From positions 59,088,001 through 59,152,000 of the forward strand of contig NC_086108.1 of NCBI RefSeq assembly GCF_963921235.1: a stretch of 64,000 bases of DNA. Reading direction: 5' to 3'. A model generated the notes under the pieces. That model was not told where the DNA came from and did not search any database. It worked only from the letters and a program-made list of their open reading frames with translations. Source of the stretch: Mobula hypostoma (Eukaryota). Positions 37,976 through 49,179 of the stretch are shown one piece after another (position 1 is the stretch's first letter; each line of letters opens with the position of its first letter). A program made the translations under genes and the position numbers.

Positions 37976-39550
37976 AAAGGGCCAGATGGTCTGCATCCCA
38001 GAGTGCTTAAGGAAGTGGCCCAAGAAATAGTGGATGCATTAGTGATAATTTTTCAAAACTCGTTAGATTCTGGACTAGTTCCTGAGGATTGGAGGGTGGC
38101 TAATGTAACCCCACTTTTTAAAAAAGGAGGGAGAGAGAAACCAGGGAATTATAGGCCGGTTAGCCTAACGTCGGTGGTGGGGAAACTGCTGGAGTCAGTT
38201 ATCAAGGATGTGATAACAGCACATTTGGAAAGCGGTGAAATCATCGGACAAAGTCAGCATGGATTTGTGAAAGGAAAATCATGTCTGACGAATCTCATAG
38301 AATTTTTTGAGGATGTAACTAGTAGAGTGGATAGGGGAGAACCAGTGGATGTGGTATATTTGGATTTTCAAAAGGCTTTTGACAAGGTCCCACACAGGAG
38401 ATTAGTGTGCAAACTTAAAGCACACGGTATTGGGGGTAAGGTATTGGTGTGGGTGGAGAATTGGTTAGCAGACAGGAAGCAAAGAGTGGGAATAAACGGG
38501 ACCTTCTCAGAATGGCAGGCGGTGACTAGTGGGGTACCGCAAGGCTCAGTGCTGGGACCCCAGTTGTTTACAATATATATTAATGACTTGGATGAGGGAA
38601 TTAAATGCAGCATCTCCAAGTTTGCGGATGACACGAAGCTGGGTGGCAGTGTTAGCAGTGAGGAGGATGCTAAGAGGATGCAGGGTGACTGGGATAGGTT
38701 GGGTGAGTGGGCAAACTCATGGCAGATGCAATTTAATGTGGATAAATGTGAAGTTATCCACTTTGGTGGCAAAAATAGGAAAACAGATTATTATCTGAAT
38801 GGTGGCCGATTAGGAAAAGGGGAGGTGCAACGAGACCTGGGTGTCATTATACACCAGTCATTGAAAGTGGGCATGCAGGTACAGCAGGCGGTGAAAAAGG
38901 CGAACGGTATGCTGGCATTTATAGCGAGAGGATTCGAGTACAGGAGCAGGGAGGTACTACTGCAGTTGTACAAGGCCTTGGTGAGACCACACCTGGAGTA
39001 TTGTGTGCAGTTTTGGTCCCCTAATCTGAGGAAAGACATCTTTGCCATAGAGGGAGTACAAAGAAGGTTCACCAGATTGATTCCTGGGATGGCAGGTCTT
39101 TCATATGAAGAAAGACTGGATGAACTGGGCTTGTACTCGTTGGAATTTAGAAGATTGAGGGGGGATCTGATTGAAACGTATAAGATCCTAAAAGGATTGG
39201 ACAGGCTAGATGCGGGAAGATTGTTCCCGATGTTGGGGAGGTCTAGAACGAGGGGTCACAGTTTGAGGATAGAGGGGAAGCCTTTTAGGACCGAGGTTAG
39301 GAAAAACTTCTTCACACAGAGAGTGGTGAATCTGTGGAATTCTCTGCCACAGCAAACTGTTGAGGCCAGTTCATTAGCTATGTTTAAAAGGAAGTTAGAT
39401 ATGGCCCTTGTGGCTACAGGGGTCAGGGGGTATGGAGGGAAGGCTGGGTTCTGAGTTGGATGATCAGCCATGATCATAATAAATGGCGGTGCAGGCTCGA
39501 AGGGCCGAATGGCCTACTCCTGCACCTATTTTCTATGTTTCTATGTTTCT
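37976..39550 (+). mobile_element. Young 5'-truncated CR1 LINE with uninterrupted RT ORF (37970-39454)
   Basis: 494-aa open frame (NYRPVSLTS, YLDFQKAFD, GVPQGSVLGP, FADD); (TTCTATGT)n tail; TSD AAATCCCCTGTGATT at 37961-37975 and 39551-39565. Confidence 0.95.
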
Positions 39551-40994
39551 AAATCCCCTGTGATTCAATGTTGTAAAACATGAAAACCTCTTGGGGGGGG
39601 GGGGCAGGGTTAATACTTTTTTTAGGCACTGTAAATGTACTTTGATTATAAATTTACTTTGAAACAATATGCAGCCCATGTTGTGTCTCATGAGGAACTG
39701 AGACAGAATTTGGTCCTGCCACTGAATGAATAGCTTTCATCTGGAAAGCAGATTATAACAAAAAAAAGAAACAGTCTGTTAATTCTGTTTTATAGTATAG
39801 CCCACTTTACTTATGTACCAAACATTCTGCTGTTTTGCTGAAGTCCATCAGACCTGCAACCACAGAGTATAAAGCTTAAGTGCAAATCTCAGCTTAATAC
39901 TCCACTGCGATCCAGAAGAAAAGGTAGAACATCAGAGATGCTACATTTTGAATGGATTCAACAATGTCTGAGATGTTGAAATTACAATTTACTAACTTAC
40001 ACGTTTCAATAAATACCAAATTGAGTATAAAGACACAATACTTAAATCTTATTTTACTGAAAGCAAAAGTATATTGCACATGTGCAATGATTCTAGATAG
40101 CACTAAAAGTTCTCAGTAGGAAACATTAAACCACATCGGAATATTGCTGACCTTTATCAAATAAGTGTTGGTATCTAAAGGTCTTGCAAACCACTTTCCT
40201 GATTAAAATAACTAAAAATATTAAATCCTCTGAGATTGAATGAAGCCATTAAATTTTTCCCTCAAGCTCAAGTAGAAATACTTTAAAAGACATGGTCCAA
40301 AAATGTTTTCCATGCCAGAAAGATGCATTAAGCTGACAGCAAGCAGCCTGCCAAGTTTTGTTGCAAAAGGTAAAAAGGATTGTGTAAAATGTTACACATC
40401 TGTATAATAATAGAAATGCAAATTTGCTTTATAGGGTTTGAAGATGCACTACTTTTAGGATCTTGGATGAGTCTAGGCAACATAATTCAAAAATCTGTAT
40501 AAAATGAACAACAGTTTAACATAACTATTTCTTTGTATGTAGTACTGTGCTTCCCTAAACTTAAGGGAGTTGATAATGCCCAAACAATAGCTACCAGGCA
40601 AGTTCTTATCCAATGCTTGCATTAAATATAAATGAGATCAATGAGTAAATAGCACAGAAAACTTTAAAAAAAATCACACACTAACGTCCGAGAGACAAAA
40701 CAAAAATCCTTCAAAAATACGGAAGCACCTTGGAGATCACACTCACAAGAGCAGAAACAATGTGTGCAGTATATCTACAGAATTGTTATTTTATCTTGGA
40801 CTACAGGCAGAGCGTGGAATCGTAGAAGTCCCAATTAAAGGAGAAACACCATATAATTATAAAAACAGCAACAGTGAATCAGGTCATAGAGCCAAATGTC
40901 TGATATACTGTCCCAATTTTCCCTTATGTACTTTTCTTGTAATTTACTTTTTGAACGTTCATCCTTTTCATTAAATGTTGATTGTCTTCAAGGA

Positions 40995-41023
40995 TCAAAG
41001 TTCAAAGTAAGTATATTATCAAA

Positions 41024-41062
<39 letters not shown>

Positions 41063-41440
41063 ACCAGATACAACCCTCAGGTTCATTTTCTCGTGGGCAT
41101 ACACAGTAATTCCAAGAAACACAAAAGCCTCAATGAAAGACTGCACCCAACAGGACGGACAAACATCCAGTGTGCAAAAGACAATAAACTGCAAAAACAA
41201 AAGAAAAATAAAAGCAATAAATATTGAGAACATGAGATGAAGAGTACTTGAAAGTGAGTCTATATGTTGTGGGAACAGTTCAGTGATGGCATGTGTAAAG
41301 ATGAATGTAGTTATCCTCTTTGATTCAAGAACCTGATGGTTGAGGGATAATAATAACTGTTCCTGAACCTGGTGGTGTGAGTCCTGAGGCTCCCGTACCT
41401 TCTTCATGATGGCAGCAATGGCCTGGGTGTGTGTGGGTCC
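40995..41440 (-). mobile_element. Rex1/Babar-type LINE 3' tail with (TA)n microsatellite (~41024-41059); sibling copy at ~42466-42818
   Basis: Both copies share aaagttcaaagtaa...tgtcacca.a..caaccct...ctgttc.tgaacctggtggt. Confidence 0.65.
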
Positions 41441-41949
41441 CTACATAACTAGTTAGTTTTAATGAAATAATACATTTTCTAAAACACTTGGCATGAAAAA
41501 ACTTCCATCAACCTTCCATTTAGAAGAGACTGAACACCTACATCAGGTACCAATTTATCCAATTATAAGTCTTTTAATTGTTTGAATCTATGATGACATC
41601 CCAAAATTTAACTGCATCACAAATTACTGGCTTTTATTGCCTTCATAAGCATATTTTCATCTTTTATATGTTTGTAATGAATTTATTCTGTAATTCCAGT
41701 ATTTGAATAAATTTTCTGTAATGGGGTGTTCAAACCCCAGCTGTGGCTAATCAGTACCTTGCATAGTTTCATCATCACATCCTTGTTTTTATAATTAATG
41801 GCCAGAATCTCTTTATTAAAAATCTGAAATTATATTTTAAAATGTCTGTACCTCGAAACCTTTAGCCCCAAAGATGTCTTCCTGACATTGGTTAACTTAG
41901 CACTAATTAGATTGCATTTCACCTCCAGTGAGCTCACAAGTGTGACTCT

Positions 41950-42465
41950 GCTTCCAGTCATCTATTGCTTTAATTCACTGTCCCACTCCCACTCAGGATT
42001 CTGCCACTCTGCCTCCTACGCAGCTTCACTGAAGCTCAAAATAAGCTCAAGGAAGAGTAACCCAGCTTCTGATGAAGTACATTTCAGCGTCTGGGTTGAA
42101 TTCAGCATTTTCAGGCAAAAAGCGTTAACAAAATGTTTGCTGTTATTTCTGATTTCCAGCATCAACAATATTTCCCTGCTGTAATTTCATACTATTATTG
42201 TGTATCTCCTGCTTACATCATCTCTAAACTGATCTTTTCACTTTTTATGTATTCTAGTCCTTAACCTTCTTTTACCTCCCACTATTATACCTTCAGTTAT
42301 ATAATCTTTCCTGCCATCCGCCCCATTACAAATCTAACCTTTTATTCCTTCCTCCCCTTCCACTTTCCCTGCATTTTAGAATCCTCTTTAGGTCCAAAAT
42401 TTCTCAGCTGTGATGAAAGATCATCACATATTAACATAAAATCAGTTTTTCTCTCCATAGATGCT
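41950..42465 (+). mobile_element. Ancient PLE 3' relic (GIY-YIG C-terminus plus pLTR)
   Basis: FNSLSHSHS...EAQNKLKEE resembles HFNSTSHSHS...EATLRLEEQ of the young PLE; pyrimidine-rich tract; degenerate GTGATGAAAG...catagatgct tail split by a LINE insertion at 42466. Confidence 0.55.
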
Positions 42466-43389
42466 CGAAGTTCAAAGTAAAATTTATTATCAGAGTACCT
42501 ACATGTCACCATACCCAACCCTGGGATTCTCTCTCCTGCGGGCATACTCAGCAAAACTAGAGAATTGTAACTGTAAACCGGATCAGTGAAAGAACAAGAG
42601 CGTAGATGACAACAAACTGTTCAGAATGCAGCTATAAATAAATAGCAATAAATAACAAGAGCATGAAATAACAAGATAAAGAGTTCTTAAAGTGAAATAA
42701 TTGGTTGTGGGAACATTTCAATAGATGAGTGTAATTATCCTCTTTTGTTCAAGAGCTGATGGTTAAGGGGTAGTAACTGTTCTTGAACCTGGTGGTACTT
42801 GTCCTGAGGCACTTGTCCCTGACCCATTGATAAATTCTATATATATTTAAAATATACAGTACTGTGAAATTGTTTTAGGCATCTATATATATATAACTAG
42901 GGTGCCTAAGACTTCTGCACAGTACTGTAGTAAATTTATGTATTACACTGTACTACTGCAGTAAAAAAATTCATGATGTATGTGAATGATGATAAACCTG
43001 ATTGTGATATGGGTTTCTATTGTGGACTGAGAGTGGGAAGGGGGCAGGGAGAAGGGAATCATGGTTAGGAAAAGGGGAAAGCAGAGGGGAGGGAGCAGGA
43101 AGCACCAGAGAGCCATTCTGTAATGATTAATAAACCAATTATTAGGAATCAAATGACCCCTTGCCTGGTGTCTCAGGGCTGGGTGTGTCTGCACCTGCAC
43201 CAATCCCTGCCCCTGACACTTCTTCTCTGCCATCTGTCCCACACCCCTCCCGCGGTACTCTACTTTCACCACTCCCAACATCTTTTACTCTTAAACAACA
43301 CGAATTCTGCAGATGCTGGAAATTCAAGCAACACACATCAAAGTTGCTGGTGAACGCAGCAGGCCAAGCAGCATCTATAGGAAGAGGCG

Positions 43390-43427
43390 CAGTTGACGTT
43401 TCAGGCCGAGACCCTTCGTCAGGACTA
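43390..43427 (-). ncRNA. Hammerhead motif in the inverted PLE arm (stem I closing pair mutated)
   Basis: UAGUC-CUGACGA-AGGGUCUCGGCCU-GAAACGUC^AACUG. Confidence 0.6.
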
Positions 43428-44074
43428 ACTGAAGGAAGAGTGAGTAAGGGATTTGAAAGCTGGAGGGGGAGGGGGAGATGCAAAATGATAGGAGAAGACA
43501 GGAGGGGGAGGGATAGAGCCGAGAGCTGGACAGGTGATAGGCAAAAGGGGATACGAGAGGATCATGGGACAGGAGGTCCGGGAAGAAAGACGGGGGGAGG
43601 GTGACCCAGAGGATGGGCAAGAGGTATATTCAGAGGGACAGAGGGAGAAAAAGGAGAGTGAGAGAAAGAATGTGTGCATAAAAATGAGTAACAGATGGGG
43701 TACGAGGGGGAGGTGGGGCCTAGCGGAAGTTAGAGAAGTCAATGTTCATGCCATCAGGTTGGAGGCTACCCAGACGGAATATAAGGTGTTGTTCCTCCAA
43801 CCTGAGTGTGGCTTCATCTTTACAGTAGAGGAGGCGGTGGATAGACATGTCAGAATGGGAATGGGATGTGGAATTAAAATGTGTGGCCACTGGGAGATCC
43901 TGCTTTCTCTGGCGGACAGAGCGTAGATGTTCAGCAAAGCGGTCTCCCAGTCTGCGTCGGGTCTCACCAATATATAAAGGGCCACATCGGGAGCACCGGA
44001 CGCAGTATATCACCCCAGTCGACTCACAGGTGAAGTGATGCCTCACCTGGAAGGACTGTTTGGGGCCCTGTTTC

Positions 44075-45227
44075 TAGCTATGCCTGCCTTTTTGTTGGGT
44101 TTGTGGAACAATCTATGTTCCGTGCCTATTCTGGTATCTGTCCCCCACTTTTCCTTCGCTACATCGACGACTGCATTGGCGCTGCTTCCTGCACGCATGC
44201 AGAACTCGTTGACTTCATTAACTTTGCCTCCAACTTTCACCCTGCCCTCAAGTTTACCTGGTCCATTTCCGACACCTCCCTCCCCTTTCTAGATCTTTCT
44301 GTCTCTGTCTCTGGAGACAGCTTATCCACTGATGTCTACTATAAGCCTACTGACTCTCACAGCTATCTGGACTATTCCTCTTCTCACCCTGTCTCTTGCA
44401 AAAACGCCATCCCCTTCTCGCAATTCCTCCGTCTCCGCCGCATCTGCTCTCAGGATGAGGCTTTTCATTCTAGGACGAGGGAGATGTCTTCATTTTTTAA
44501 AGAAAGGGTCTTCCCTTCCTCCACTATCAACTCTGCTCTTAAACGCATCTCCCCCATTTCACGTACATCTGCTCTCACTCCGTCCTCCCACCACCCCACT
44601 AGGAATAGGGTTCCCCTGGTCCTCACCTACCACCCCACCAGCCTCCGGGTCCAACATATTATTCTCCGTAACTTCCGCCACCTCCAACGGGATCCCACCA
44701 CTAAGCACATCTTTCCCTCCCCCCCTCTCTCTGCATTCCGCAGGGATCGCTCCCTACACAACTCCCTTGTCCATTCGTCCCCCCCATCCCTCCCCACTGA
44801 TCTCCCTCCTGGCACTTATCCGTGTAAGCGGAACAAGTGCTACACATGCCCTTACACTTCCTCCCTTACCACCATTCAGGGCCCCAAACAGTCCTTCCAG
44901 GTGAGGCATCACTTCACCTGTGAGTCGACTGGGGTGATATACTGCGTCCGGTGCTCCCGATGCGGCCCTTTATATATTGGTGAGACCCGACGCAGACTGG
45001 GAGACCGCTTTGCTGAACATCTACGCTCTGTCCGCCAGAGAAAGCAGGATCTCCCAGTGGCCACACATTTTAATTCCACATCCCATTCCCATTCTGACAT
45101 GTCTATCCACGGCCTCCTCTACTGTAAAGATGAAGCCACACTCAGGTTGGAGGAACAACACCTTATATTCCGTCTGGGTAGCCTCCAACCTGATGGCATG
45201 AACATTGACTTCTCTAACTTCCGCTAG
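44075..45227 (+). pseudogene. 5'-truncated PLE RT (C-terminal half) plus GIY-YIG endonuclease, frame open
   Basis: LRYIDDCI, LPFLDL, YYKPTD; Cys-rich linker CKRNKCYTC (Neptune-like); GVIYCVRCSRCGPLYIGETRRRLGDRFAEH...GMN. Confidence 0.92.
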
Positions 45228-45521
45228 GCCCCACCTCCCCCTCGTACCCCATCTGTTACTCATTTTTATGCACACATTCTTTCTCTCACTCTCCTTTTTC
45301 TCCCTCTGTCCCTCTGAATATACCTCTTGCCCATCCTCTGGGTCACCCCCCCCCCCCGTCTTTCTTCCCGGACCTCCTGTCCCATGATCCTCTCGTATCC
45401 CCTTTTGCCTATCACCTGTCCAGCTCTCGGCTCCATCCCTCCCCCTCCTGTCTTCTCCTATCATTTTGCATCTCCCCCTCCCCCTCCAGCTTTCAAATCC
45501 CTTACTCACTCTTCCTTCAGT

Positions 45522-45559
45522 TAGTCCTGATGAAGGGTCTCGGCCTGAAACGTCGACTG
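45522..45559 (+). ncRNA. Minimal type-I hammerhead ribozyme motif in the PLE 3' pLTR
   Basis: UAGUC-CUGAUGA-AGGGUCUCGGCCU-GAAA-CG-UC^GACUG; predicted cut after 45554. Confidence 0.75.
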
Positions 45560-46256
45560 CGCATCTTTTACTCTTGCCAGATCTACATATTTGCTCTCCA
45601 CTCCACGTTGACAGTACTGTGCAAAAGTCTTAGGCACCCTAGCTGCATATATATGTGCTGGAAGCTTTTGCACAGTGCTATATATATTCCCAGTGTCTCT
45701 TTGGGGACCCTAAGCCTTCGTCTTTGTGCATGGCAATTATTCTTTTTCTATTTCTCTGTAATTTTTCATATGGAATTTTCCATTTGATCAAGGTTGAACT
45801 CCATTTTCCATTAACCAGCCCACCCAGCCAAAACCATTATTTGTGGGCTTAGCACCGACAGGCTGGTTGGAACCAATCCTGCATTAATATACCCATGTCC
45901 AGTGGTGCTTGGGAGGTCCAGTAGTGACTGAACAGCAGGTTTCATGAAGGACACAGTGACTGAGGGAGAAGCTACATTTGTTTTTGAACATGGTTGAAGA
46001 GGCTATTGTAGACCCCTACTCTATCTGCATGTTGCAAGTTACCCATGCCAATTTGTCTTGGTGCCAAAACTGCATAACTTTGACATGTGCATTGTATAAG
46101 GATTTCTGAGAATTTCCTCATTAGTGGGAATAAATCAGAACTAGATTTATTATCACTAATAATACTTTAATACCATAATCATTGATATCACTGTAAATGG
46201 GTGCAGTTTCAGTTGACCTGTGCTCTTTCTGAAAGTGCCTCGTGCTAATTCACATT

Positions 46257-47165
46257 ATAGACAATAGACAATAGACAGTAGGTGCAGAAGAAGGCCATTC
46301 GGCCCTTTGCCATTCACTGTGATCATGGCTGATCACAATCAGTATCCAGTTCCTGCCTTATCCCCATAACCTTTGATTCCGCTATCTTTAAGAGCTCTAT
46401 CCATCTCTTTCTTGAAAGCATCCAGAGACTTGGCCTCCACAGCCTTCTGGGGCAGAGCATTCCATATATCCTCCACTCTCTGAGTGAAAAAGTTTTTCCT
46501 CAACTCCTTTCTAAATGGCCTACCCCTTATTCTTAAATTGTGGCCTCTGGTTCTGGACTCACCCATCAGCGGGAACATGCTTCCTGCCTCCAGCGTGTCC
46601 AATCCCTTAATAATCTTATATGTTTCAATGAGATCCCCTCGCAGCCTTCTAAATTCCAGAGTATACAAGCCCAGTCACTCCAATCTTTCGACATATGACA
46701 GTCCCACCATCCCAGGAATTAACCATGTGAACCTACACTGCACTCCCTCAGTAGCAAGAATGTCCTTCCTCAAATTTGGAGACCAAAACTGCACACAATA
46801 ATCCAGGTGTGGTCTCACCAGGGCCCTGTACAGCTGCAGAAGGACCTCTTTGCTCTTATACTCAATTCCCCTTGTTATGAAGGCCAGCATGCCATTAGCT
46901 TTCTTCACTGCCTGCTGTACTTGCATGCTTGCTTTCAGTGACTGATGTACAAGAACACCTAGATCTCGTTGTACTTCACCTTTTCCTAACTTGACTCCAT
47001 TTAGATAATAATCTGCCTTCCTGTTCTTACCACCAAAGTGGATAACCTCACATTTATCCACATTAAACTGCATCTGCCATGCATCTGCCCACTCACCCAA
47101 CCTGTCCAAGTCACCCTGCATTCTCATAACATCCTCCTCACATTTCACACTGTCATCGGCAAATA
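46257..47165 (-). mobile_element. 5'-truncated CR1 LINE
   Basis: ORFs 46675-47148 and 46339-46668 are highly similar to the 37970-39454 ORF; (TCTATTG)n tail. Confidence 0.9.
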
Positions 47166-49179
47166 TGCTATTATGTGTTCACTTGTTCAAGGTTAGGAAA
47201 GCAGTGAATTCAGTCACTGCTGGATTTCATTATGTAGCTTGCGAAGATCTTTTCTTCTTAGACACTCCCTTAAGACTGAGTAAAACCTGCTTCCTTTCTT
47301 GTTCAGTGGGTTCTGAGATAAGTCAATGTGCAGACTTTGCCACTGCTGAGATGGGTGGCACTTGGCAGAGTGTGTGACTGAGTAGTTTGGGAGTTGGTAC
47401 ACCCCTGTCATATTTGCAGAGCCTCTGTTTGTTACTGAAGCTCAATCGCAAGACTCGCAGTTCAATTCCAAGTGCTCAGTCTCCACTTTGAACAAGCATG
47501 GGCTTGTAACTCCAGGAGTCAGTGGGGATATTGCACCATCTCAAAGGTATTGGTAACATCCTTAAATCTTTTTCTCAGTAACCTGTTCCTTATTGTGATG
47601 GAGGTTAGAATTGTGTCTGTTTTGGGGATCTCCCACTAGAGCCGATTTAAGGTAATTGATGCCTGGGGTGGAGATACAAGAGATGGCACAGGCTGGAATC
47701 TGAAGCAAAAGAAACAAACTTCTGGAAGAACTCAGTGGGTCAAGTAGAATCTGTAGAGACAAGGGGATTACTGACACGTCAAGTATTAATGTTTGGGGAT
47801 GTAGGACTGGAAGAGGATGCTAGCCAGTGGATTTGGAGGATTTCATAGAGGCAGCATCGGTGGCACTATCCCAGCACTTTGGGTCACTTGCTGAACCTAC
47901 CCTGATATTCATAAGCATATCGGAGAAACACAGCTCACTGCTGTGGATTGACCTGCTGGTACTGAGATCTTGATCTGCAAACAGCCTTTTTTGAGATTAT
48001 CAAAGGTTACAATAATGAGGGAGATGCATTCATGGAATGTACATAAGATAATTTTTTCTGGATCTAATGTTATGGAACTAACTGGGGATAAGTTCTGCAG
48101 AAGGAGTTTTAACTTGAAAATGTAGTTGTTTCTCTTTCCATGGATGCCTGTCTGCTAGGTGTTTCCAGCATTTTATTTTTATTTTTACATTATTGGAAAT
48201 GCTCTTTTGGTCTTATTTTGTGCAATGTGAAAGGGCTGATTGATGGTCTTGCTGTCAAGGAGCCTCTGAGAAAGAATGAACGTAATGTTACATTGACAAA
48301 TTCAGTGCAAAGCTAGGGTCTTTGATCTGAACAAAGGAAACCAAAAAGTATGAGCAGAGAGTCAACTGTGGTTGTTTGGGAGAATAAAATTAAAACCATG
48401 ATCTTGGACATGTAAAGCAAAATAAAATGCTTTAGTTGAAAAGGAACTGAAGTTTTAGAGGCACGAAAGCTGAAAAGCGACTGACAAGAGGAAGTATTAA
48501 GTGAAAGGATAGGTCTTATAGAATTGTGGAAAATGCAGCAAGCTTTGAGGTGATTAGAATTCAGCAAAACAGAGTCACAGACTCACATAGCACGGGAGCA
48601 GGCTCTTCAGCAGAACTGTCTATATTGACCAAAATCTCATTTGTCCATATTTGGCCTATATCCTTCTGAAACTTTCTTATCCATGTACCTGTCCAGGTGT
48701 CTTTTAAATGTTGTTAATATGCTTGTCTCAACTACTTCCTCTGGCAGTTCATCTTACATGACACCTCTGGTTGAAAGAGTTGCTTCTCAACTACCTCTTA
48801 AATCTCTCACTCTCACCCTAGACCAAGTTCTTGAATCCCAACCCTGGTAAAAAACTGTGCACATTCCCTTTTCTATGTCCATCATTGCTTTATAAATACG
48901 ATCACCTTCAGTTTTCTACTCTCTATTGACTGAAGTCCCAAAACTTGCATGTAACATCCAAACAATTAAGAATTTATAATGATACATAACTAGGAAGAAG
49001 TAAGTGTGGTCCTTCAGAGAATGAAGTTTTTGAATTAACGACAACAGGCAAAGATATGGCTGAAATGATAAAGAGCTTTTCACAGTGGTGAACATTGCAA
49101 ATAATCCAAAGATAACAGATGGATAATATCAAATAATATGGAGGAAACAGTAAAAGTCTACTCACAATGAGTAGATATA

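Larger units (their letters stand above)
36478..39631 (+). mobile_element. Tc1-family DNA transposon of IR/DR type; right IR interrupted by a CR1
   Basis: TA|CAGTGCCTATAAAA...TTTTTTAGGCACTG|TA; long IRs (~36525-36629 versus 37836-37940) with internal DR AAGTATTCACCCC. Confidence 0.92.
43293..45561 (+). mobile_element. Young Penelope-like retroelement, 5'-truncated, with long inverted pLTR copy
   Basis: 14-bp TSD CATCTTTTACTCTT (43279-43292, 45562-45575); 43387-44070 is the reverse complement of 44877-45562 with about six differences; hammerhead motifs in both arms. Confidence 0.95.
42857..45680. mobile_element. Non-autonomous Tc1/mariner-type element with self-palindromic ~70-bp termini; host of the PLE insertion
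   Basis: 42857-42927 and 45612-45680 are mutually inverted, each being CAGTACTGTGCAAAAGTCTTAGGCA-(TA)n-TGCCTAAGACTT.TGCACAGTACTG-like; TA outer flanks. Confidence 0.6.

Noticed and set aside
37970..39454. 494-aa RT as a domesticated gene or retron-like system
   Set aside because: Ordinary 5'-truncated CR1 with TSD and tail; the GTG start lies in the TSD.
43142..45524. Many overlapping ORFs on both strands
   Set aside because: Alternative-frame and mirror products of the PLE inverted repeat.
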